In this document: positions 1-12,757 of the stretch, one piece after another
How positions within the stretch are numbered: position 1 is the first letter of the stretch
Layout: each line of letters opens with the position of its first letter
Source: Nitrospinaceae bacterium
Lineage (GTDB): Bacteria > Nitrospinota > Nitrospinia > Nitrospinales > Nitrospinaceae
Reading direction: 5' to 3'
Assembly (NCBI GenBank): GCA_965237905.1
Contig: OZ250172.1
Location: 1,440,001-1,504,000, forward strand
DNA length: 64,000 nucleotides
Translations under genes and position numbers: made by a program
Notes under the pieces: model-generated
Databases searched by the model: none
Told to the model about the DNA's origin: nothing
What the model saw: only the letters and a program-made list of their open reading frames with translations

Positions 1-2950
<2,950 letters not shown>

Positions 2951-3023
2951 AAGGTTTTAGATTCCCTTGGGTTGAATTAATAAACGCCTGCCAAAAACAA
3001 ATGTAAATCCGCACGAGACCGCG

Positions 3024-3398
3024 TTACTTGATCTCGACAGACCCACCCGCCGCTTCGATCTTTGCCTTGATCTCGTCGGCTTCTTCTTTTTTGACACCCT
3101 CCTTGACTGCTTTCGGGGCACCCTCTACCAGGTCTTTAGCGTCTTTCAAACCCAAGTTGGTGATTCCACGCACTTCTTTAATCACCTGAATCTTTTTGTC
3201 ACCTATAGCGGTGAGAATAACATCAAACTCGGTCTTTTCTTCAGCCACGGCGGCCTCTCCACCCGGCGCGGCGGCCATCATGGTCGGCGCAGCGGCAGTG
3301 ACCCCATACTTGTCCTCCAATTCTTTGACAAATTCGGACATCTCCAGAACCGACATACCGTCGATGAAAGAAACAACATCGTCCTTCGTTACAGCCAT
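3024..3398 (-). CDS. rplL: 50S ribosomal protein L7/L12
   Basis: [35 protein letters not shown] motifs; operon position. Confidence 0.98.
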   Translation of the reverse strand: MAVTKDDVVSFIDGMSVLEMSEFVKELEDKYGVTAAAPTMMAAAPGGEAAVAEEKTEFDVILTAIGDKKIQVIKEVRGITNLGLKDAKDLVEGAPKAVKEGVKKEEADEIKAKIEAAGGSVEIK

Positions 3399-3475
3399 CT
3401 CGAACTCCTTTCAACTTAAAATCAAAACAAAACGTTTATAAAATATACCTCAGCCCTTTGACCGCCCTTATTCGG

Positions 3476-4003
3476 TCAACCCTGGGCTTTTTTATCCTTG
3501 ATTGCATCCAGCGTTCCCACCAACTTGCGCAACAGGGCGCTGAACACACCCACAAAGTTGGTGGTGGGTCCGTTCATGACGGACAACAGCTGGGAAAGCA
3601 AAACTTCTTTTGAAGGCAGATCGGCCAGCGCCTTGACTTCCGCCGGCGATACCTGCTTCCCTTCAACAATTCCAGCCACCACATCGGGGCTTTTCTCGAC
3701 ACCCGACTTGGCATAATCGGAAAGAGCCTTGGCGGGAGCCACCGCGTCATCAAAACTCACCAATAGAGAAACGGGGCCCTTAAAATCGTTTTCCAAAACC
3801 TCCAGAGGCGTGTTCTTCACTGCTTTCCGGGCCAGGGTATTTTTAATCACCCGAAAACCCACGGCACGCTCTCTCATATGCGTACGAAGTGCTGTCATAT
3901 TCTCCGCCGAAATACCATGATAGTGCGTCAGGAGCGCAGACTTGGCACGGGTGAATACGTCGTTCAATTCATCAATAGTTTTCTGTTTCACTGGTGTAGG
4001 CAA
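3476..4003 (-). CDS. rplJ: 50S ribosomal protein L10
   Basis: VIKNTLARKA and LADLPSKEVLLSQL motifs; between rplA and rplL; TTG start. Confidence 0.96.
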   Translation of the reverse strand: MPTPVKQKTIDELNDVFTRAKSALLTHYHGISAENMTALRTHMRERAVGFRVIKNTLARKAVKNTPLEVLENDFKGPVSLLVSFDDAVAPAKALSDYAKSGVEKSPDVVAGIVEGKQVSPAEVKALADLPSKEVLLSQLLSVMNGPTTNFVGVFSALLRKLVGTLDAIKDKKAQG

Positions 4004-4068
4004 AATCCCAATCCTTTCTTAACGAAATCCATAACACTGAAAATTTTTTATTCCTCTCAAAGTGACGG

Positions 4069-4755
4069 CTATGCCGAATACGCCACCTTGATTCCCGGTC
4101 CCATAGTGGTAGACAACGAAATGCCCTTAATATAATGCCCCTTCGCGGTCGACGGTTTCATCTTGACCAGAGTACCCATAAATTCATTGAAATTTGCGGC
4201 CAAATCCTCTACTGAAAAACTGGCTTTCCCGACAGAGGCATGAATGATTCCGGCCTTGTCCACCCGGAAATCGACCTTACCCGCCTGAATCTGTTCGATA
4301 GCCTGCTTGACATCAAAGGTAACGGTTCCGGTTTTGGGATTGGGCATCAGCCCCCTCGGTCCAAGAACCTTGCCGAGCTTACCCACCGTTCCCATCATGT
4401 CCGGAGTCGCAACCACGCGGTCGAAATCCGTCCAACCCTCCTGGATTTTCTTGACCAGATCGTCGTTGCCGACAAATTCAGCGCCGGCATCCTTCGCTTC
4501 TTTTTCTTTTTCACCTTTAGCGAATACCAAAATCCGGAATTTTTCCCCGGTTCCCTTGGGCAACACCACACTGCCGCGGATATTCTGATCGGCTTTCCGG
4601 GGGTCTACCCCCAAGTTCACCGCAACATCCACAGACGCATCGAATTTCATGGTCGCGCCTTCTTTGGCCAGACCGAGCGCTTCATTCAATTCGTAATTTT
4701 TGAGGCGTTCAATTTTTTTCGCCAAGGCATTATATTTTTTTCCACGCTTTGCCAT
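4069..4755 (-). CDS. rplA: 50S ribosomal protein L1
   Basis: [37 protein letters not shown] motifs. Confidence 0.98.
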   Translation of the reverse strand: MAKRGKKYNALAKKIERLKNYELNEALGLAKEGATMKFDASVDVAVNLGVDPRKADQNIRGSVVLPKGTGEKFRILVFAKGEKEKEAKDAGAEFVGNDDLVKKIQEGWTDFDRVVATPDMMGTVGKLGKVLGPRGLMPNPKTGTVTFDVKQAIEQIQAGKVDFRVDKAGIIHASVGKASFSVEDLAANFNEFMGTLVKMKPSTAKGHYIKGISLSTTMGPGIKVAYSA

Positions 4756-4776
4756 ACTTCCTTATCCTTCCTGAAA

Positions 4777-5202
4777 CTAACCTTCGACTGTGATGCCCAT
4801 GCTATGAGCGGACCCTTCGATAATCTTCATGGCGGCTTCAACATTAAAGGCGTTCAAATCTGCTTTTTTGATTTCGGCGATTTCCTTGACCTGCTCACGG
4901 GTCACCTTCCCCACGTTTTCCTTACTGGGATTGGACGATCCCTTGGCAATGCCCGCCGCCCGCTTCAACAGAACCGATGCCGGCGGAGACTTGGTGATAA
5001 AGGTAAAACTCTTGTCCTCATAAACAGATATCACTACAGGAATGATCATCCCCTCCTGGCCCTGCGTTCCCGCATTAAACGCCTTGCAGAAATCCATGAT
5101 GTTGACCCCGGCCTGACCCAACGCGGGCCCTACTGGAGGCGAAGGAGTGGCCTGTCCTGCAGGAATCTGCAATTTAACCTGACCTGTAACTTTTTTTGCC
5201 AT
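4777..5202 (-). CDS. rplK: 50S ribosomal protein L11
   Basis: [35 protein letters not shown]. Confidence 0.98.
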   Translation of the reverse strand: MAKKVTGQVKLQIPAGQATPSPPVGPALGQAGVNIMDFCKAFNAGTQGQEGMIIPVVISVYEDKSFTFITKSPPASVLLKRAAGIAKGSSNPSKENVGKVTREQVKEIAEIKKADLNAFNVEAAMKIIEGSAHSMGITVEG

Positions 5203-5234
5203 GCTTCACATACCTTCCAAGACTGCTTTTAAAA

Positions 5235-6053
5235 TTACACGCGCTCGATCTGAGGAAACTCCAATTCCACCGGGGTGGCCCGGCCGAAAATCGATACCAT
5301 GACCTTGACCTTACCCTTGTCGGGATTGACTTCGTCCACCACGCCGTTGAAATTCATGAACGGACCTTCGATCACCCGCACATTTTCTCCCTTTTCGAAA
5401 ATAAATTTCGGCTTGGGAGTTTTCGCCTCACCCTTGATCTGATCCATGACATCCTTGACTTCGGCCGCCGTTAAAGGCGCGGGCGTCGCTCCACCGGGAA
5501 ACCCAGTAACCTTGGACGTATTTTTAATCAGATACCAGATGTCCTGATCCATTTCGACGCTGATCAAAACATAACCCGGATAAAACTTGCGAGAACTGAT
5601 CTTCTTTTTACCGCCCCGGATCTCGACTACTTCTTCCGTGGGAATAATAATATCTCCCAATTTGTCGGTTAAGCCGGCATGGGCAAACCGCTCTTCCAGA
5701 CTCAACTTGACCTTGTTTTCAAAACCGGAGTACGTATGAATGACATACCATTGCTTGGCGGAATCCTGCTCAGCCGCTACACTTTCCTCTGTGACCTCAG
5801 CGCTCTCTTCTGCGGTCACACTATCTTCTTCCTGGGGCGTGGCGACCTCTTCTTCGACCACAGCCTGGGCCACGGCACTCTCTTCCTCAACCACAGCATT
5901 CTCTTCTTTGATCACATTATTTTCTTCTTGGGTTGCGGGGCTTTCTTCTTCAGTCATTTTATTTTCTTCTTGAGTTGCAGGACCCTCTTCTTTGGTCACG
6001 GCACTTTCTTCTTTATCTACGCCATTTTCTTCATTGGTCACGTCACTCTCCAT
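5235..6053 (-). CDS. nusG: Transcription termination/antitermination factor NusG with a long acidic N-terminal extension
   Basis: [18 protein letters not shown] start, FYPGYVL, KOW domain and [14 protein letters not shown]. About 100 extra Glu-rich residues precede the NGN domain. Start lies 2 nt after the secE stop. Confidence 0.95.
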   Translation of the reverse strand: MESDVTNEENGVDKEESAVTKEEGPATQEENKMTEEESPATQEENNVIKEENAVVEEESAVAQAVVEEEVATPQEEDSVTAEESAEVTEESVAAEQDSAKQWYVIHTYSGFENKVKLSLEERFAHAGLTDKLGDIIIPTEEVVEIRGGKKKISSRKFYPGYVLISVEMDQDIWYLIKNTSKVTGFPGGATPAPLTAAEVKDVMDQIKGEAKTPKPKFIFEKGENVRVIEGPFMNFNGVVDEVNPDKGKVKVMVSIFGRATPVELEFPQIERV

Positions 6054-6055
6054 AA

Positions 6056-6244
6056 TTAACTTGCAATCAATGCCTCTACAATTTTGGAAAGGAGCGTGTC
6101 AACGATCCCCAGAAAAATGGACACGATAACCACCACCACCACAACCACCATGGTTCCACCCATGGCATCCTTACGGGAGGGCCAAGTGACTTTCTTGACC
6201 TCGACCTTAACCTCACCTAAAAAATCTTTTGCTTTTCCCAGCAT
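6056..6244 (-). CDS. secE: Preprotein translocase subunit SecE
   Basis: From ATG at 6244: MLGKAKDFLGEVKVEVKKVTWPSRKD plus one TM helix. The longer ORF-track start overlaps tRNA-Trp and is rejected. Confidence 0.95.
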   Translation of the reverse strand: MLGKAKDFLGEVKVEVKKVTWPSRKDAMGGTMVVVVVVVIVSIFLGIVDTLLSKIVEALIAS

Positions 6245-6270
6245 GGCTTCCACGCGTCTCAAAATATATA

Positions 6271-6344
6271 CAGGCCAGGAGGGACTCGAACCCCCAACAT
6301 CCAGATTTGGAGTCTGGCGCTCTACCAATTAGAGCTACTGGCCT
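6271..6344 (-). tRNA. tRNA-Trp(CCA)
   Basis: AGGCCAG...CTGGCCT acceptor stem, anticodon arm CCAGA-CTCCAAA-TCTGG, GGTTCGAGTCC T-loop; canonical position upstream of secE. Confidence 0.97.
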
Positions 6345-6452
6345 ATTCAACTCTGTTCATAACAAGGCCAACTCAGGTTGGGAACACCCGGCCAAAAAAC
6401 GGTTCGCCTGATTCACTGGCATCCGGCCAGGTCGTCGACAACCGCTGATCCT

Positions 6453-6602
6453 TTACTTGGTTTCTTTGTGAGGAGTGTGCTTTCGGCAAAACCGGCAATA
6501 CTTTTTAAACTCCAGTCGATCCGTAGTTTTTTTCTTGTTCTTCGTAGTGGAATAGTTCCTACGCTTACACTCACCGCATGCCAAATGAATAATGTCCCTC
6601 AT
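6453..6602 (-). CDS. rpmG: 50S ribosomal protein L33 (Zn-binding, two CxxC)
   Basis: Below the ORF-track size cutoff. Manual translation: [49 protein letters not shown]. Confidence 0.97.
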   Translation of the reverse strand: MRDIIHLACGECKRRNYSTTKNKKKTTDRLEFKKYCRFCRKHTPHKETK

Positions 6603-6698
6603 CGCCCTAAACCCGTTCCCGGCCCGCTCCAAACAGACCTGACATTACTTCCGTTAAACCATCCAAGACTAGCCCAACCGTCCTTAATCAATTGATTA

Positions 6699-6773
6699 TG
6701 GAGCCCACGATCGGGATTGAACCGATGACCTCTTCCTTACCAAGGAAGTGCTCCACCACTGAGCTACGTGGGC
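6699..6773 (-). tRNA. tRNA-Thr(GGT)
   Basis: GCCCACG...CGTGGGC-TCCA, anticodon arm CTTCC-TTGGTAA-GGAAG. Confidence 0.97.
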
Positions 6774-6824
6774 ATTTTTATGTCAACGATTCACCAATAC
6801 CCCGAATCCCAAAGGGTTGTACCT

Positions 6825-6901
6825 TGGAGCGGGAAAAGGGACTCGAACCCTCGACCCTCAGCTTGGAAGGCTGACGCTCTAGCCAACTGAGCTATTCCCG
6901 C
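6825..6901 (-). tRNA. tRNA-Gly(TCC)
   Basis: GCGGGAA...TTCCCGC-TCCA, anticodon arm TCAGC-CTTCCAA-GCTGA. Confidence 0.97.
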
Positions 6902-6916
6902 ATATTTTATAATTAA

Positions 6917-7001
6917 TGGTGGGGAGAGGAGGATTCGAACCTCCGAAGGCTGAGCCGACAGATTTACAGTCTGTTCCCTTTGGCCACTCGGGAATCTCCC
7001 C
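6917..7001 (-). tRNA. tRNA-Tyr(GTA)
   Basis: GGGGAGA...TCTCCCC-ACCA, anticodon arm ACAGA-CTGTAAA-TCTGT, long variable arm. Confidence 0.97.
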
Positions 7002-7104
7002 AGCTTCTGGAGGTATCTACCCCCCTGCTATGTAAACTCGCTATAGAAAAACCCCTGACCCAACAGGCCGCACCCCAACGCCAACACCCTATAAAATAAA
7101 AAAA

Positions 7105-7177
7105 GCTGGCATAGGGACAGCAATCCCCCGACCGGCTGATTACAAATCGGCACCTCAATTCATTGAGTTATGCCCGC
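7105..7177 (-). pseudogene. Degenerate tRNA-Thr(TGT)-like sequence
   Basis: GCGGGCA...TGCCAGC acceptor stem (1 mismatch) and anticodon loop TTTGTAA. The D-loop lacks GG, the T-loop lacks TTC and there is no CCA. Sits in the usual first slot of the Thr-Tyr-Gly-Thr cluster. Confidence 0.75.
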
Positions 7178-7200
7178 TCGCGATTAAAATGAAAACGGCT

Positions 7201-7229
7201 ATCTTACTTTTTGTTTACGATTTGTGCAA
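7201..7229 (-). promoter_or_regulatory. Putative sigma70 promoter of the tRNA cluster
   Basis: TTGCAC-17 nt-TAAGAT on the minus strand, with AT-rich upstream sequence. Confidence 0.55.
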
Positions 7230-7407
7230 ATAAAAAAGAGAAATAAAATCTTTTGGCAAGAAGCCCCCAACTTTCCGCTACAATTGGCAGGTTATAAGTT
7301 ATCATGAAAATCAACGGAAGGACAAGTTTTTTTAAGGGTTTATGCGCTATTTCCTAATAATGCCCATTTTTTATTCAAGACAACCTAAATCACCTGAATA
7401 AAAGAGG

Positions 7408-8670
7408 TTATTGATTTTTTCCTTTATAATTGGACATCTGGAAAACAATCTTTCCGGAGACCATTGAAAAATCGACTTGCCGCCGATCTGGATCAAACGG
7501 CAGGTCCCACCAATCCTCCTCTGAATTATGAAATCGGAAGCCGATCAAGTCCGCCGGTTGGCCTGGTTCAAGTCCCAATTTTTCAATGTCCAAAACCTGG
7601 CTCCCTCCAGCTGTCGCCAGCCACAGAATCTCCGAACGATGCAATTCAGGCAGCATTTCTTCCGCTAATCGGATTTCATTGAGGAAATTCAGTGAATCGT
7701 TGCTCGCCAGCGAGTCGGTCCCAAGTCCCACAGAAATCCCCCAGTCCAGCAAATCCTTCACCGGCATCCAGGTCTTCCGGCCAAACCAGCGGGTACTGCC
7801 AGGACAAAACACCGCACTGGCATTATTCTCAGCCAGTCGGCCCAAGTCGGATTCCTCCAAACAATTCAAATGGATAGTCACCATATCCTGCAATACGCCC
7901 AACTGCTCCAGATACCGGACGGGGCTCACGCCGGGAGATTTCCAGGAGGTATCGTAGACTTCCCGCTTTTTGAGAAGCTCAAGAAAATCGCCATCTCCCT
8001 GGCTCAAAAACCGGGTTTCCTCCTCGACTTCCGCCACATGGCAGGAATAACGGCAATCCAGCTTATCCGCCAGTTTTTTCAATTCCTTAAGCAGGGCAGG
8101 CGAAACGGAATAAGGCGCATGCGGCGCCACCGCCAGTTGAATGGGAGAACCGGCCCCTGCCGCCGGATGCTCCCGCAGAAGGGCCTCCACCGACCGGGCT
8201 TTTTCGCCTGCCAAGGCCGACTGAAAACCGAGAGTTTCCAGAAACAGCACTTGGCGAAACGGCAGCGCTTGATATTCCACCAGCAGTTCCGGATGCGAAA
8301 AATAATCGCCCAGGGCCGTGACTCCGGATTCGATCAGCGTCTGCGCTTCCCGATGCAGGGCATCCACCCGGTCGTGCCAGGAGAGAACTGCGTTTTCAGC
8401 CACCACCGATTCAATCCAATCGACGAACCTTTCCTGCCGGGCAACCTTGCCCTGCAATCCGGACAGAGACAAGTGGCAATGGGCGTTGACGAAACCGGGA
8501 AGGATCAGGCAGTCCGACCAGTCGTGCGTGATCCCTGCGAACGATTCATGGGTCCCCGAGCGCACCTCCACAATGCGGCCTTGATCCATGACGAGTTCAC
8601 CCTTTTCATAATCATCCCCGCTCATGCTCACGAGCTTTTGAAATAAAATGCGGGTCAATGAATCGGCCAT
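7408..8670 (-). CDS. Metal-dependent amidohydrolase (nucleoside deaminase/chlorohydrolase-like)
   Basis: PGFVNAHCHL (HxH), PHAPYS, HVAE, GTDSLASN, GQPADLI motifs; start set at MADSL (8670). Confidence 0.85.
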   Translation of the reverse strand: MADSLTRILFQKLVSMSGDDYEKGELVMDQGRIVEVRSGTHESFAGITHDWSDCLILPGFVNAHCHLSLSGLQGKVARQERFVDWIESVVAENAVLSWHDRVDALHREAQTLIESGVTALGDYFSHPELLVEYQALPFRQVLFLETLGFQSALAGEKARSVEALLREHPAAGAGSPIQLAVAPHAPYSVSPALLKELKKLADKLDCRYSCHVAEVEEETRFLSQGDGDFLELLKKREVYDTSWKSPGVSPVRYLEQLGVLQDMVTIHLNCLEESDLGRLAENNASAVFCPGSTRWFGRKTWMPVKDLLDWGISVGLGTDSLASNDSLNFLNEIRLAEEMLPELHRSEILWLATAGGSQVLDIEKLGLEPGQPADLIGFRFHNSEEDWWDLPFDPDRRQVDFSMVSGKIVFQMSNYKGKNQ

Positions 8671-8693
8671 AAGATTGAATCGAGTTGGAAGGG

Positions 8694-11138
8694 TTAAGGC
8701 AGGTCGGCCTGGATGCCCCATTGGGTATGGAGGTTCACTTTGTTGTCATGTCCTCCCAGGGAATAGTGGTCTTCACCGCCGCCGGTATCGAACAGGATTC
8801 CGAAGCTATCCAGTTGGCGAAATTCCTCGGTGCTACCGTGGCCTTGCCCCTCATCATGCAGATAATATTCGTCACTGCCGCCGCTGTCGCTGAGGACACC
8901 AAAACCATTGGCGTGGCCCGCTCCCTGGGCCAAGGTGCCTCCAACATATCGGTCGTTGCCGCTGTTGTCCAAAAGAAAACCGACTGCCAGATCGTGCCCG
9001 CACCCCTGCGACACTCCGTATCGGGCGAGGTAGTGATCGTCTCCTGCCGTATCGTGTAAAATTCCGGCGGCGAGATGAATCCCCGCACCCTGCGAATACC
9101 GTCCCGCCGCATAGAGATCATGTCCTTCGGTATCGTTCAAAATTCCAAGGCTGTACCAATAGCCTGCGCCCTGAGAAAAATAATCGCCGAGGTAAGTGTC
9201 GTTGCCTTGGGCATCGTCGATAATCCCGATACCACCCGAAGCTCCGGCCAGGGTTCCCCAGGGACGAAGGCCAAATCCGAAGCCCTGCGACATGGAGAGG
9301 TAGGCCTTGCCGGGTTCGCGGTGATCCTGGTACACCCCGCCTGCAAAAAACCGATCGTTGCCTTCGCTTTCGAGGATCAAACCCATGCCGCGGACAAATC
9401 CGAATCCCTGGGAATAGATCGCGGCTGAATACTGATCGTTGCCGCCGGATTCGGCGATCAAGCCAATACCCAGAAACCCTGCGCCCTGGCAAAAGGAGTG
9501 ACACCGGTAAATATCATCACCCCCCATATCGATCAGCATCCCCACTCCCAGCACCCCAACGCCCTGTCCGAAACTTTCCGAAAGGTACTGATCGTCTCCT
9601 CCCAAATCGATCAAAAATCCACCGCCCAAAAGACCCGCACCCTGCGCATAATCTTCGCCAGTCATATAAACATCGTTGCCGGAAAAATCGATCACCATGC
9701 TGAAGGGGTATCCGTTCCGACTGGCCCCGGCGCCGTTCCGATAACGGTCGTTACCACCCAGGTCGACGATCAGCAGGGCTTCTTGATCGTAATCATTATC
9801 GCCCGTCCCACCCACAATCATCAAACCATGCCGGGTGGTCACATGGGTAACGTTGCCCACTGCTTCTATAACCCCACCTTCATGAGAAAGGGAAAACCGG
9901 TCCAGATTCTGTTGCCACTCCACAAGAGTCTCCAGGTTGATTTCCTGCGCCACCTTTAAACCGGCAGTGAGTAAGAGAGGCGCGTCGACCTTCAAAGCCG
10001 TATTGAGAAATTCAATCATTGAAGGCTGGTTCTCCCGGGTTTCGTCCGCGGTCAAATCACGAGGTTGTAGACCGTCAACCATCAAATGACGGATACCTCG
10101 AATCAAAAGGTCCCTTTCTTCCAAAGTGAGTGGTTGCAACGCTTCGTCGCTTGCGGAACCCGCGTTGGACAGAGCTTCCAGAATTCGATCCAGCAGGATG
10201 GCCAGTTCGGGGGATCTTTTAAGGGGCGATGGTTGAGCCACCTCGAAATCCAACGCCTGCAGGGCGGTGTGGATGATACCCCCGGTATTCAACCGGCCTC
10301 CAATAAAATTCCGGCGCAGAGTGGAAGTCAAATCTTGAGAAACCAACGGCAAATCCAGAGGCTGATTGAGAATGGTATTCACTGCCTGCAGGCGAAACGG
10401 ACTATAAGTTTTTCCTTTGACAGCGGTGGTGACCGCTTGACGGGTGCGTTCGCGTATTTCCTCAACAACGGCGGAGTAGTCTTCCAACCGCTTGTGGTCA
10501 CGCAGAATGCGATACAGTAGAGAATCTTCCGTCGGCGAGGCCGAGACCTGCAATGATGGAGGTGGCTTGATGGACTCCGGCACGATCGGCTTGGGAAAAA
10601 GTTCGACCGGCAATTCCATCTCCTGGGAACCGCGTTTGATTTTCAATTGAAGGATATTACCGGGACCCGCGTCCTGCACCCTGCGGTTGAAATTCATCAT
10701 CAGTGAATTTTCTTTGCCAATGGACAACTGTTGGCCGTCGGTCGCCAGAATCGTGTCGCCAGACTGCAGCCCGGCACGATGGGCGGAGGAATAGGGGAAG
10801 ACCTCAAGTACTTGCACCGTGGGGGAAAGATCCTCGGCATCTTTCAAAAATAGAGGCGGACCTTCCTGCATGGTGATGCCCAGCCACCCTTTTGGGGACC
10901 GCGGCGGGCGGGTAGGCGTCTCCACTTCTTCCATCACGTCCGGCGGCATGCCGAACAACTGTTGTATCAAGGTCGGGTCCGCGACCATCCTCCGGCCCAA
11001 TCCCTGGGTCGGCTTTTTCCAATACACGGAGGCGTCCTCCGGCTCCGCATGGGATGGAGAAGCGCCGGCAAAAATCATCACTAATAAAATTAGAACCCCT
11101 GCCCACCGGCAAGATATCTTAAATCGATTGCATCGCAT
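8694..11138 (-). CDS. Secreted PDZ-domain protein with C-terminal Gly/Asp repeats
   Basis: Signal-like N-terminus, PDZ (GWLGITM...VFPYSSAHRAGLQSGDTIL), about 12 DxxGxDxY repeats. Start is uncertain; the ORF-track start overlaps the upstream gene. Confidence 0.75.
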   Translation of the reverse strand: MRCNRFKISCRWAGVLILLVMIFAGASPSHAEPEDASVYWKKPTQGLGRRMVADPTLIQQLFGMPPDVMEEVETPTRPPRSPKGWLGITMQEGPPLFLKDAEDLSPTVQVLEVFPYSSAHRAGLQSGDTILATDGQQLSIGKENSLMMNFNRRVQDAGPGNILQLKIKRGSQEMELPVELFPKPIVPESIKPPPSLQVSASPTEDSLLYRILRDHKRLEDYSAVVEEIRERTRQAVTTAVKGKTYSPFRLQAVNTILNQPLDLPLVSQDLTSTLRRNFIGGRLNTGGIIHTALQALDFEVAQPSPLKRSPELAILLDRILEALSNAGSASDEALQPLTLEERDLLIRGIRHLMVDGLQPRDLTADETRENQPSMIEFLNTALKVDAPLLLTAGLKVAQEINLETLVEWQQNLDRFSLSHEGGVIEAVGNVTHVTTRHGLMIVGGTGDNDYDQEALLIVDLGGNDRYRNGAGASRNGYPFSMVIDFSGNDVYMTGEDYAQGAGLLGGGFLIDLGGDDQYLSESFGQGVGVLGVGMLIDMGGDDIYRCHSFCQGAGFLGIGLIAESGGNDQYSAAIYSQGFGFVRGMGLILESEGNDRFFAGGVYQDHREPGKAYLSMSQGFGFGLRPWGTLAGASGGIGIIDDAQGNDTYLGDYFSQGAGYWYSLGILNDTEGHDLYAAGRYSQGAGIHLAAGILHDTAGDDHYLARYGVSQGCGHDLAVGFLLDNSGNDRYVGGTLAQGAGHANGFGVLSDSGGSDEYYLHDEGQGHGSTEEFRQLDSFGILFDTGGGEDHYSLGGHDNKVNLHTQWGIQADLP

Positions 11139-11143
11139 AAATA

Positions 11144-11617
11144 TTAAAACCATGTTTGTTGGCGGTAGGTTTGGTATTGGTCGCCGAATTTTTGTAGAAG
11201 GGCTTTTTCCTCGAGGCGTGAGCGAATAATATTCAAAGGCAAAACCACCACAAAAAAATAAATCATCCCCACCGTCGAACCCACCGTCAGGAACAGGCCG
11301 AACAGAGTCATATCGATCCCCAGGTACACCGGGTGCCGAAGGTAACGGTACACGCCCTGCGTTACCAGCCGTTCTCCTCCCGGTAGAACCGCCAGAGATT
11401 TTCCGAGATGGATCATGGCCACGATCCACAATGCCACGCCGGACAACCCGACCGTGAACCCCACATACACCAGCGGACGCATACCGAAACCGAAATGTTT
11501 GGGCGCAAACCAGGCCACCCCCAACGCCAGTAAATAAAGTGATGGTACCAGCACCGTTACAACCGCCGCCTTGACCGGAGAAAGTGATTCCCAAAAATCA
11601 GGTTTGGTTTCGTTCAT
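11144..11617 (-). CDS. Isoprenylcysteine carboxyl methyltransferase (ICMT/STE14) family membrane protein
   Basis: LVTQGVYRYLRHPVYLG and EEKALLQKFGDQYQTY; ATGA overlap with the lpxK stop. Confidence 0.85.
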   Translation of the reverse strand: MNETKPDFWESLSPVKAAVVTVLVPSLYLLALGVAWFAPKHFGFGMRPLVYVGFTVGLSGVALWIVAMIHLGKSLAVLPGGERLVTQGVYRYLRHPVYLGIDMTLFGLFLTVGSTVGMIYFFVVVLPLNIIRSRLEEKALLQKFGDQYQTYRQQTWF

Positions 11618-12693
11618 AATTGCTTTGACAGGAGCCGGTCCCACTCTTCCTGTCCCTCCAGAATTTCCAAAGCGACCCGCACCGCGTATACCGGCAGGTC
11701 AAATGCATGGCCCTTTAGTTTAACCGCATCCTTTTCAGTAGTGACGATCAATTTTGCCCCCGCCTGCTTCGCCCGGTTTTCTATGGCTTTTAAATCGTCG
11801 GCTGAATAATCGTGATGGTCTGGAAAATGGTTCTGATTCACGATTTGCACCGGCACCTGTTCCAGCATATGAAAAAAATCGAGGGGATGGGCAATGCCGC
11901 AAAACGCCGCGACCGGTTGGTCTTGGAGGGTTTCAATTCCCATTTCCTCTCCCGAACTCAATTCGATCACCGACTGCACCCGCAACCCGGTTTTAATCAC
12001 CGGCACCCGCTTGATGTTATACCCGTCGATTCGGTCCATCGGATTGTCCTCGCGGCACCGGGTCAGGCAGATCACGTCCGCCCGGCTCACCGCTGATAGG
12101 GGTTCCCGCAACTCGCCCGCCGGGAACACGACGCCATTCCCGAAAGGACGGGTCGCATCACATAAAAGAATATTGAGATCGCGATGCAGGGGTAAATGTT
12201 GGTACCCATCGTCCAGAATCAGGACATCGGCCCCAAAATGCTCGATGGCGTATTTCCCTGTTTCGTAACGGATGCGGCCGGTCAGAACCGGAATGTCCTT
12301 CAGCCGCTGGGCCATCATCACCGGTTCATCCCCCACCACCTCCGGGGAGAGCAGGGTGTGTTGACCATCGTTCACCACGTTGACGGATTCCCGGGATCGG
12401 CCGCCGTAGCCGCGACTCAGGATGGCCGGTTTGAAGCCTTTACGGCGCAGGGTATCGGCTACCATCATCACCGTTGGGGTTTTACCCGTCCCCCCTAGCG
12501 TCAAATTGCCGATACTGATTACCCGGCAGTTCAAGCGGCGCATATGGAAAAAATTTTGGCGATACAACCACGCACGCACCCGTTGGCCCAACGCGTAAAA
12601 CACCGAAACCAGACGCAACAATCCATACACCGGTATCAGATGCAAAGGGCGCTTGGGAGAAATGACCTCATGAAAAAAGGATTCGAGGCTCAT
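11614..12693 (-). CDS. lpxK: Tetraacyldisaccharide 4'-kinase
   Basis: VISIGNLTLGGTGKTP, LSRGYG, GDEP, LDDGYQH, FPDHH, TTEKDAVK. Confidence 0.95.
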   Translation of the reverse strand: MSLESFFHEVISPKRPLHLIPVYGLLRLVSVFYALGQRVRAWLYRQNFFHMRRLNCRVISIGNLTLGGTGKTPTVMMVADTLRRKGFKPAILSRGYGGRSRESVNVVNDGQHTLLSPEVVGDEPVMMAQRLKDIPVLTGRIRYETGKYAIEHFGADVLILDDGYQHLPLHRDLNILLCDATRPFGNGVVFPAGELREPLSAVSRADVICLTRCREDNPMDRIDGYNIKRVPVIKTGLRVQSVIELSSGEEMGIETLQDQPVAAFCGIAHPLDFFHMLEQVPVQIVNQNHFPDHHDYSADDLKAIENRAKQAGAKLIVTTEKDAVKLKGHAFDLPVYAVRVALEILEGQEEWDRLLSKQL

Positions 12694-12757
12694 GAAATTT
12701 TTCCGTTCTCCTTTCTCTCCATGCAGATGATCCGCGTCTGGTTTATAATCATTAACA

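Noticed and set aside
4004..4068. Possible L10 leader RNA between rplA and rplJ
   Set aside because: The spacer is only 65 nt and I could not see a convincing leader structure.
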